Assembly (NCBI GenBank): GCA_049243005.1
Contig: JBMLOK010000068.1
Location: forward strand, 1 to 41,357
Length of the DNA: 41,357 nucleotides
Direction: 5' to 3'
From: Bacteroidia bacterium
Lineage (GTDB): Bacteria > Bacteroidota > Bacteroidia > UKL13-3
A program made the translations under genes and the position numbers. Every line of letters begins with the position of its first letter. Position 1 is the first letter of the stretch. Shown piece after piece: positions 34,634 through 41,357 of this stretch. The notes beneath the pieces were generated by a model. That model had not been told where the DNA came from. It saw only the letters and a list, made by a program, of their open reading frames with translations, and searched no databases.

Positions 34634-34966
34634 TTACTTAGTATCTTTTTTAGGCTCATTTAAAGCCTGTGAAGCCTCCATAGAGACAGCAGTGCGGTCG
34701 ATACGTAATTTTGTACCTTCACTTTCAATCAAAAAAGTAGTTTCATTTGCATCTATGATTTTTGCATGAACACCACCAATTGTAATAACTTTATCTCCTT
34801 TACCTAAAGCTTCTCTGAATTTCTTTTGAGCTTTATTTTTCTTCATTTGAGGATAAATCATAAAGAAGTAAAACACAACAAAAATCAGGATGAAAGGTAA
34901 GAAACTCATGATTGAATTAGAGCCTGCACCAGTAGCAGGAGGACCCATTAAAAACAGTATATTCAT
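34634..34966 (-). CDS. yajC: Preprotein translocase subunit YajC
   Basis: Single TM helix ending FYFFMIYPQ, then LGKGDKVITIGG. Confidence 0.96.
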   Translation of the reverse strand: MNILFLMGPPATGAGSNSIMSFLPFILIFVVFYFFMIYPQMKKNKAQKKFREALGKGDKVITIGGVHAKIIDANETTFLIESEGTKLRIDRTAVSMEASQALNEPKKDTK

Positions 34967-34968
34967 AT

Positions 34969-35427
34969 TTATTTATTTAAGACTTCGCCTTTGATGGCAA
35001 GAATTGTTTCAGAAGGAATAGTGTTTGCAAGAATAGTTACCGATTTATCAAAAACCCCAACTTTACCTGCGCTATTAAATTGCACGTCGATTGAAGCTTC
35101 AACACCCGGAGCAATTGGTTCTTTTGGATAACTTGGAACAGTGCAACCACAAGAAGCAGAAGCATTGGTAATGAGCAAATCAGATTTACCTGTATTCACA
35201 AATTTGAATTTGTAAGTCACAACCTCCCCATCAGTCAATTTGCCAAAATCATGAATATTCTCGGTGAAAGTCATGATTGGAGCATTTTCTGCGGCAGAAG
35301 CTGAAGTATCATTAGCAGAAACCGGGTTTTCAACCAAATTAGTTGAAGCTTTTTCCTTTGGATTACTATCACATGAGTAGAAAGTAAAAGCCGCAATTGT
35401 AAAGGCAAAAAATAAGATTCTTTTCAT
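34969..35427 (-). CDS. DUF1573 lipoprotein
   Basis: Lipobox FYSC; HDFG, FVNTGKSDLLI, ASCGCT, PIAPG. Sits between nusB and yajC, as usual in this phylum. Confidence 0.9.
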   Translation of the reverse strand: MKRILFFAFTIAAFTFYSCDSNPKEKASTNLVENPVSANDTSASAAENAPIMTFTENIHDFGKLTDGEVVTYKFKFVNTGKSDLLITNASASCGCTVPSYPKEPIAPGVEASIDVQFNSAGKVGVFDKSVTILANTIPSETILAIKGEVLNK

Positions 35428-35450
35428 TTTATTTTTTATTGATAAGATAG

Positions 35451-35480
35451 CAAATTTAATAAGACAGATTGATTTTCAAA
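35451..35480 (-). promoter_or_regulatory. Internal -33/-7 promoter for DUF1573-yajC
   Basis: Minus strand TTTG (35477-35480), 18-nt spacer, TAAATTTG (35451-35458). Confidence 0.65.
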
Positions 35481-35499
35481 GTTGAAGGTAGTTAAGAAA

Positions 35500-36441
35500 T
35501 TATTCATTGAGTCCACGACCCATTTTATTAATCTTATTTTCGCTTCTTAATTGCATTTGAATTTTATCGAGAACACCATTAATAAATCCATGACTATTAG
35601 GCGTGCTGTAGAGTTTAGCCAATTCAAGGTATTCATTAATAGAAACTTTCACCGGTACATAAGGGAAAAATAAAATTTCACAAAGAGCCATTCTCATTAA
35701 AAGAATATCAACCAAAGCAATTCTATCCTGATCCCAGTTTTGAGTTTTCGAATTGATTAATTCATTAAAATCTTTTTGATGTTCGATGGTTAAATCAAAT
35801 AAATCCTTCATAAATTTTAAGTCTTCATCCTCATCTTTGTGAGCATCTAACAAGAATTCCGGCTTTGGTTCTTTTAATTGATTTAATACCTTTTGCAGGC
35901 TAGTTAAAACTAAAACCTGGTCATCTTCCCAATTCACATAAACTTCTTCAAAATACGACTCAAACTGCTCTGAATCAGAGAAAAGTTGTTCAAAAACTGT
36001 CACCAAAAAGGTTTTGTCTTCTGTAAAAGTGTGGGTAGTTTTAGAAGTGTATTCCTGAAAAAATGGAAGTGTTTTTAATTCATTGAATATTTTTTTAGCG
36101 AAATCCAATGAATCAACCCAACGAGGTTTTACTTTTTTAATCGCTTCCTGAAACTGGAGGTTTTCCTCCATTAAAGCAATAACTTTATTATTCCTAATTG
36201 CATCCAAAGGTTTAATAAGGTTTTCGAGTGGGAAGTACTTTGCTTTTTGCAGCTCAAGTTCTTGTTCTACAAAAAATTTCAATTCCAAAGGAAAAGAAAG
36301 AGAGAACAGGTAAAGTTCATAAGTTTTTTCCAGATTACTAATCATGGTTCTTTTGTACAAATGAGCAAGAGGCTTTTCCTCTTGGGCAAAACCGTACAAG
36401 GTTTGAAAAACTTTGACACGTAAGAATCTTCTATTTAACAT
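35500..36441 (-). CDS. nusB: Transcription antitermination factor NusB (long Bacteroidota form)
   Basis: MLNRRFLRVKVFQTLY start; WDQDRIALVD, PVKVSINEYLELAKLYSTPNS, FINGVLD. Confidence 0.96.
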   Translation of the reverse strand: MLNRRFLRVKVFQTLYGFAQEEKPLAHLYKRTMISNLEKTYELYLFSLSFPLELKFFVEQELELQKAKYFPLENLIKPLDAIRNNKVIALMEENLQFQEAIKKVKPRWVDSLDFAKKIFNELKTLPFFQEYTSKTTHTFTEDKTFLVTVFEQLFSDSEQFESYFEEVYVNWEDDQVLVLTSLQKVLNQLKEPKPEFLLDAHKDEDEDLKFMKDLFDLTIEHQKDFNELINSKTQNWDQDRIALVDILLMRMALCEILFFPYVPVKVSINEYLELAKLYSTPNSHGFINGVLDKIQMQLRSENKINKMGRGLNE

Positions 36442-36454
36442 ACAATTTATATTG

Positions 36455-36522
36455 AGCAGAAAACCACAAACGTTATAACTTATTGGATGCCATAAAAGAA
36501 AGAACGTTTGCGGGTTTCCGCT
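36455..36522 (-). promoter_or_regulatory. Long RNA stem-loop in the nusB leader
   Basis: 20-nt arms (36455-36474 and 36503-36522). On the transcribed minus strand 19 of 20 positions pair, including two G-U wobbles. 28-nt loop; no U-tract. Confidence 0.6.
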
Positions 36523-36533
36523 GATTTTGGGTT

Positions 36534-37607
36534 TTAGTAAGTCGAATGAACTCTTGACATATCAAGAATTCTTTTTTCAGCTAAATTCATAGCTGCTTTT
36601 TGGGTATGAATATTTTCGGTTGCAGAGATTTTCAAAATCTCAAGCGTTACATCAAAAATATGCTCTGCTTTTCTGTAAGCTGTTTCTCTATTATAACCGA
36701 TATGTTCTTGGTAAACGTTGATTAATCCACCTGCATTGATTAAAAAATCAGGAGCATAAGTAATGCCTTTTTCAATCAATAATGGACCATGGATATTTTC
36801 ATCAGCCAATTGGTTATTTGCAGCTCCGGCAACAACAGAAGCTTTTAACATATTAATGTGTTCTGTATCCAAAATTGCGCCTAAAGCACAAGGAGCAAAT
36901 ACATCAACATCTTGCGAATAGATTTCATCACCTTTTACAACTTTTGCACCAAGGGTATCAGCATAATGTTTTAAAGTAGCTTCATTTATATCTGAAATAA
37001 CCAAAGAAGCACCTTCCTTGTGTAAAAATTCCAATAAATGACCACCTACTTTACCGACACCTTGAACAGCAACTTTTTTTCCTGCAAGACTATCAGTACC
37101 CCAAACATGTTTAGCACTGGCTTTCATTCCCATGTAAACACCATAAGCAGTAACAGGAGAAGGGTCTCCGCCTCCACCCATACTTTCAGGTAATCCTACT
37201 ACATTTTCAGTTTCCATGTGAACATATTCCATGTCTTTAGTTGTAGTATTTACATCTTCAGCAGTTATATATTTACCATTTAAGTTTTCTACAAAACGAC
37301 CGAATTTACGCATTAAAGCTTCGGTTTTTATTTTTGAAGCATCGCCAATAATTACAGCTTTAGCACCACCAAGATTTAATCCTGAGATAGCAGCTTTGTA
37401 AGTCATGCCTCTTGAAAGGCGCAAAACATCGTTAATAGCTTCTGCTTCGGTTGCGTAATTCCATACACGTGTTCCTCCCAAACCGGGACCAAGCACGGTA
37501 TTGTGAATAGCAATAATTGCTTTTAGGCCTGTAGCATTATCATTACAAAACACAATTTGCTCGTGGTCGTAAGTTGCTAGTTGGGCAAAAATTTCTGAGT
37601 TTGACAT
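36534..37607 (-). CDS. Glu/Leu/Phe/Val dehydrogenase (leucine dehydrogenase-like)
   Basis: GGTR, LSRGMTYK, GGAKAVI, TAEDV, GDPSPVTAYGV, VQGVGKVG, APCALG, GAANNQL, NAGG. Start moved to ATG at 37607. Confidence 0.95.
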   Translation of the reverse strand: MSNSEIFAQLATYDHEQIVFCNDNATGLKAIIAIHNTVLGPGLGGTRVWNYATEAEAINDVLRLSRGMTYKAAISGLNLGGAKAVIIGDASKIKTEALMRKFGRFVENLNGKYITAEDVNTTTKDMEYVHMETENVVGLPESMGGGGDPSPVTAYGVYMGMKASAKHVWGTDSLAGKKVAVQGVGKVGGHLLEFLHKEGASLVISDINEATLKHYADTLGAKVVKGDEIYSQDVDVFAPCALGAILDTEHINMLKASVVAGAANNQLADENIHGPLLIEKGITYAPDFLINAGGLINVYQEHIGYNRETAYRKAEHIFDVTLEILKISATENIHTQKAAMNLAEKRILDMSRVHSTY

Positions 37608-37640
37608 AGTTAGGTATTTTTGTCTGGTTTTTGGTGGGCG

Positions 37641-37648
37641 CAAAAGTA
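37641..37648 (-). promoter_or_regulatory. -7 promoter element for the dehydrogenase-nusB operon
   Basis: Minus strand TACTTTTG, an exact TAnnTTTG match, 33 nt upstream of the ATG. No well-spaced -33 element found. Confidence 0.55.
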
Positions 37649-37874
37649 GGTTTTATTTTCAATTTTGAACACCTTCCAAATAAATTTGAAAATAGCTTAA
37701 CCAAATTATGATTTATCCATAGTCTTAAAACTAATATTTTATAGGATTTGCAATACTTTACACCAAGTTTTCCAAATTATGATATTTGTCAAAATGTAAT
37801 TTTTCTTTAAACAGCTAAAGAATAAATTAAAGATTACTTCTAAGAGTCCTTAATTTGCAACATAAAAATCAGCT

Positions 37875-39656
37875 TTGAAATCTCTTAAGAAACTAAATAA
37901 ATATTTTCTAAAATATAAATGGCATTTAATTGGAGGGATTGTATTCGTAAGTCTTTCGAACTTATTTGCGGTCTTTCCTGCACAATCTGTAAGGATAGCT
38001 ATAGATTTAGTAATAGAAAACCTAAAAACCTATCAGGAATTTAAGGGCACTAAACTTAGCTCTAATATTGAAGATAAAACCGGCTTAATTTTACTTTTCT
38101 TTGGAATACTTGTAATCGTACTTGCCTTATTCAGAGGACTTTTCATGTATTTGATGCGTCAAACCATCATTGTTATGAGCAGGCATATTGAATTTGACAT
38201 GAAAAATGAGATTTACTCTCATTATCAGGATTTATCCTTATCATTTTACAGAAAAAATAGTACTGGCGATCTTATGGCCAGAATTAGCGAGGATGTAAGC
38301 AGGGTAAGAATGTATGTTGGTCCTGCGATTATGTATGCCATCAATTTAGTTGTAACTATAATTTTAGTATTGTGGGCAATGTTTTCTGTCAATACACAGC
38401 TAACATGGTTAGTAATACTACCATTACCAATTCTCTCTTATTCAATATTTTATGTCAATAATATTATCAATAGGAAAAGTGATGCCATTCAATCAAAATT
38501 ATCTGATTTAACATCATTTGTTCAGGAAGCATTTTCTGGAATAAGGGTTATAAAGGCTTTCGCAGCAGAAAAAGAATCAGAATCTGCCTTTGAAGAAATG
38601 GGGGAAGATTATAGGAACAAACAATTAGATTTAGCTAAAACCGATGCCGTGTTTTTTCCATTGATGTTTTTTTTAACCGGATTGAGCACACTTATAACCA
38701 TTGTGGCAGGAGGTTTTGAAGTCCTAAACGGAAGAGCCAGTTTAGGAAATATAGCAGAATTTGTAATTTATGTAAATATGTTAACCTGGCCTGTAACAAG
38801 TTTAGGATGGACAAGCAGTTTGGTACAAAGAGCAGCAGCTTCACAAACAAGAATTAATGAGTTTTTAGATACAAAACCGGAAATTCAATCCACCAATTCA
38901 ACAGAATTTACATTTAATGAATTTATAAAATTTGAAAACATTGGCTTAACCTATCCTGAAAAGAGTGAAAAAGCTTTAAAAAACATCAATTTCACTTTAA
39001 AAAAGGGAGAAAGTTTGGCGATATTGGGAAACACAGGTTCTGGAAAAACCAGTTTAGCTAATCTACTTTTAAGACTATTAGAACCTACTGAAGGTAGAAT
39101 ATTGATAGATGGAAATGATTTAAAAGATATCAATTTAGGTAGCTATAGAAGAAGTATAGGATATGTACCTCAGGAGGTATTTTTGTTTAGTGATAGTATT
39201 TCCAATAATATTTCATTTGGAATATCAACCAATCATCAAAATTTAGAAAAAATTAAGAAAGCCGCTGATGAAGCGGCATTAACAGAAAATATTAACAATT
39301 TTAAAGATGGTTTTTCTACAGTGATTGGAGAAAGAGGAGTTAGTTTATCGGGAGGCCAAAAACAAAGAGTTGCCATCGCAAGAGCGTTTTTAAAGAATCC
39401 TGAAATTTTAATAATGGATGATTGCTTAAGCGCCTTAGATACCCGCACAGAATCTATAATTCTAGAGAACTTAAAGCTTATAATGAAAGGAAAAACGAGC
39501 TTTATAATTAGTCATAGAGCTAGTAGTGTAAAAGACGCAAATAGAATTATAGTATTGGAAAATGGTGAAATTATAGAAGAAGGAAACCACGATAACTTAA
39601 TGTTAAAAAATGGTAAATATTCTGAGATTTTTGCCAAACAGAGTAAAGAAGAATAA
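37875..39656 (+). CDS. ABC exporter, fused TMD-NBD (MdlA/MsbA-like)
   Basis: Several TM helices, TGDLMARISED, Walker A GNTGSGKT, signature LSGGQKQR, Walker B ILIMDDCLSALD, ISHR. Confidence 0.95.
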   Translation: MKSLKKLNKYFLKYKWHLIGGIVFVSLSNLFAVFPAQSVRIAIDLVIENLKTYQEFKGTKLSSNIEDKTGLILLFFGILVIVLALFRGLFMYLMRQTIIVMSRHIEFDMKNEIYSHYQDLSLSFYRKNSTGDLMARISEDVSRVRMYVGPAIMYAINLVVTIILVLWAMFSVNTQLTWLVILPLPILSYSIFYVNNIINRKSDAIQSKLSDLTSFVQEAFSGIRVIKAFAAEKESESAFEEMGEDYRNKQLDLAKTDAVFFPLMFFLTGLSTLITIVAGGFEVLNGRASLGNIAEFVIYVNMLTWPVTSLGWTSSLVQRAAASQTRINEFLDTKPEIQSTNSTEFTFNEFIKFENIGLTYPEKSEKALKNINFTLKKGESLAILGNTGSGKTSLANLLLRLLEPTEGRILIDGNDLKDINLGSYRRSIGYVPQEVFLFSDSISNNISFGISTNHQNLEKIKKAADEAALTENINNFKDGFSTVIGERGVSLSGGQKQRVAIARAFLKNPEILIMDDCLSALDTRTESIILENLKLIMKGKTSFIISHRASSVKDANRIIVLENGEIIEEGNHDNLMLKNGKYSEIFAKQSKEE

Positions 39657-39763
39657 GTAAGTCAGCAAAGGTTATCAACACCTCATAAATAAAGGTGAGT
39701 TAAAAAGTTTTGAAATCAGAAACTGAACTTATAATTTGCCCCCACTTTAGAGAAAAACGAGCA

Positions 39764-40096
39764 ATGGACGAGTTTAACAAAAACGACAAACAAGAAATCT
39801 ATTCGAAGAAAATCAGAGCCGGTAAAAGAACTTACTTCTTTGATGTGAAAGCCACCAAAGGAAAAGATTATTTCATTACTATTACTGAAAGTAAAAAAAG
39901 GTTTGAAGACGGCAACTTTGTGAAGCATAAAATTTTTCTTTACAAAGAAGATTTCAACAAATTTGTGGAAGCATTAAATGAAACTGTCAATCATATCAAG
40001 ACAGATTTGATGCCAGACTACAATTTTGATGAGTTTAACCAGGAACATACTTTTGATATGAATTTTGATGATAATCAAAATGAAAGTAATGCTTAA
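39764..40096 (+). CDS. PUR-family DNA/RNA-binding protein (DUF3276)
   Basis: IYSKKIRAGKRTYFFDVKAT, YFITITESKK, KHKIFLYKEDF. Start moved to ATG at 39764. Confidence 0.92.
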   Translation: MDEFNKNDKQEIYSKKIRAGKRTYFFDVKATKGKDYFITITESKKRFEDGNFVKHKIFLYKEDFNKFVEALNETVNHIKTDLMPDYNFDEFNQEHTFDMNFDDNQNESNA

Positions 40097-40117
40097 GAAT
40101 TATTTAAAACAAATACC

Positions 40118-40125
40118 TATTTTTG
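40118..40125 (+). promoter_or_regulatory. -7 promoter element for the lipoprotein gene
   Basis: TATTTTTG, an exact TAnnTTTG match, followed by an A-rich 29-nt stretch to the ATG. Confidence 0.55.
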
Positions 40126-40154
40126 TAAAACTTTAAAAAAAACCAAAATAAAAT

Positions 40155-41084
40155 ATGAAAAAGTTATTTAGAACTATGTTTGTATTAACAGCAATGAGTG
40201 CTGTTGCATTTACATCATGTAAAACTGAAGAAACTGTTGACGCAGAAAAAGCGGCTCCTACAGTGCTTTTAAACGATGGTGTTGCAGGTGCATCATACTC
40301 ATCACAAGTTGATTCAATTATGTTAGATATTGAAGCTAGCGCTGATACTGATGTTAAAATCAAATCTATTAAAATTACCAGAGCTGTTACTGGCGCTGCA
40401 ACTAATACAATCGTAAGCAAAACTTATGATGCAAAAGACGTTTTATTAACTCATTATGATGTTATCAAAGGTCAAATCGCAATTAACGATGGTGATAAAA
40501 TCACTTACTTAGTTACAGTTACAGACAGCAAAGACAAAGTTACAACAGCTAATTTTGTTGCTTCAATTAATAGTATCGCTACTTCAGACCAAATTTTATT
40601 AGGAGCTCCTAGCAATACAACTAACCAATACCGTTTCTTTGGTGTAGCTAATAATTTTGCTCGTTACAAAGCAGGTACAACCGGTACAGAATTAGCAAAA
40701 GATAATTCAAGCAAAGTTGATTTTATTTATTTCTACAACTCAGCTGGTTCAGTTGGAAATGCAATCTACTCACCAGATTACAATTTTACTGCTGGAACAG
40801 GATGGGCAACAGAAACTTCAACTTGGACTGCTAAAAACAAAACAATTTATTTAACAACTGATTTAAACCAATCTAGCTTTGATGCATTAAATGCTTCTAA
40901 CTTCTTCACAGAATTAGAAACTTTAACTTGGGCTAGTGGTGTTGATAGAATTCCTAACTTAATTAATGGTCAGGTTCTTGCTTACAAAAGAGCTGATGGA
41001 AAACGTGGTTTCATTTTAATTGCTGCTACAGCTCTAAATGCAACAACAGGTTCATTAACTTGTAAGTTAAAAGCTGAGTTATAG
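40155..41084 (+). CDS. Hypothetical surface lipoprotein
   Basis: Lipobox FTSC followed by KTEETVD. Thr/Ala/Ser-rich, beta-type sequence; VDFIYFY...IYSP and GQVLAYK...GKRGFI motifs. Confidence 0.8.
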   Translation: MKKLFRTMFVLTAMSAVAFTSCKTEETVDAEKAAPTVLLNDGVAGASYSSQVDSIMLDIEASADTDVKIKSIKITRAVTGAATNTIVSKTYDAKDVLLTHYDVIKGQIAINDGDKITYLVTVTDSKDKVTTANFVASINSIATSDQILLGAPSNTTNQYRFFGVANNFARYKAGTTGTELAKDNSSKVDFIYFYNSAGSVGNAIYSPDYNFTAGTGWATETSTWTAKNKTIYLTTDLNQSSFDALNASNFFTELETLTWASGVDRIPNLINGQVLAYKRADGKRGFILIAATALNATTGSLTCKLKAEL

Positions 41085-41110
41085 AATTTATTTCTTAACA
41101 AAAATCTTAT

Positions 41111-41357
<247 letters not shown>

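Noticed and set aside
13247-39763. Longest-ORF starts at 13285, 16937, 27679, 37643 and 39710
   Set aside because: The extensions are TTG-initiated and unlike the protein families, and 37643 falls inside a TAnnTTTG promoter element. Downstream ATGs were preferred.

Overview
AT-rich chromosomal segment from a Bacteroidota bacterium. Evidence for the phylum: a T9SS-type C25 protein, TAnnTTTG promoter motifs, no Shine-Dalgarno pattern, and nusB-DUF1573-yajC-coaE synteny. The left part (1-17 kb) looks accessory: a partial AraC regulator; a GT2-rfbC-SDR-rfbD operon with no rmlA/rmlB, preceded by a CRP/FNR-like palindrome; a 1854-aa CheB-CheR-multi-PAS histidine kinase with a single-domain receiver; a three-gene sugar operon (HxGH nucleotidyltransferase fused to a minimal fucokinase-like GHMP kinase, FucP permease, rhamnose/fucose mutarotase); and a cytoplasmic FIST-kinase-receiver trio. 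The right part is mostly housekeeping: GT4, SPFH, pyc, PorU-like C25 peptidase, M20 dipeptidase, pcrA/uvrD, a SecD-head lipoprotein, MBL hydrolase, coaE, yajC, DUF1573, nusB, Leu/Val dehydrogenase, ABC exporter, PUR protein, a surface lipoprotein and the start of pfkA. Best candidate for an undescribed system: the 10.5-13.2 kb operon, which reads as a complete import, mutarotate, phosphorylate, nucleotide-activate salvage route using a domain combination different from Fkp. I saw no rRNA, tRNA, CRISPR array or mobile element. All family calls come from reading motifs by eye, not from database searches.
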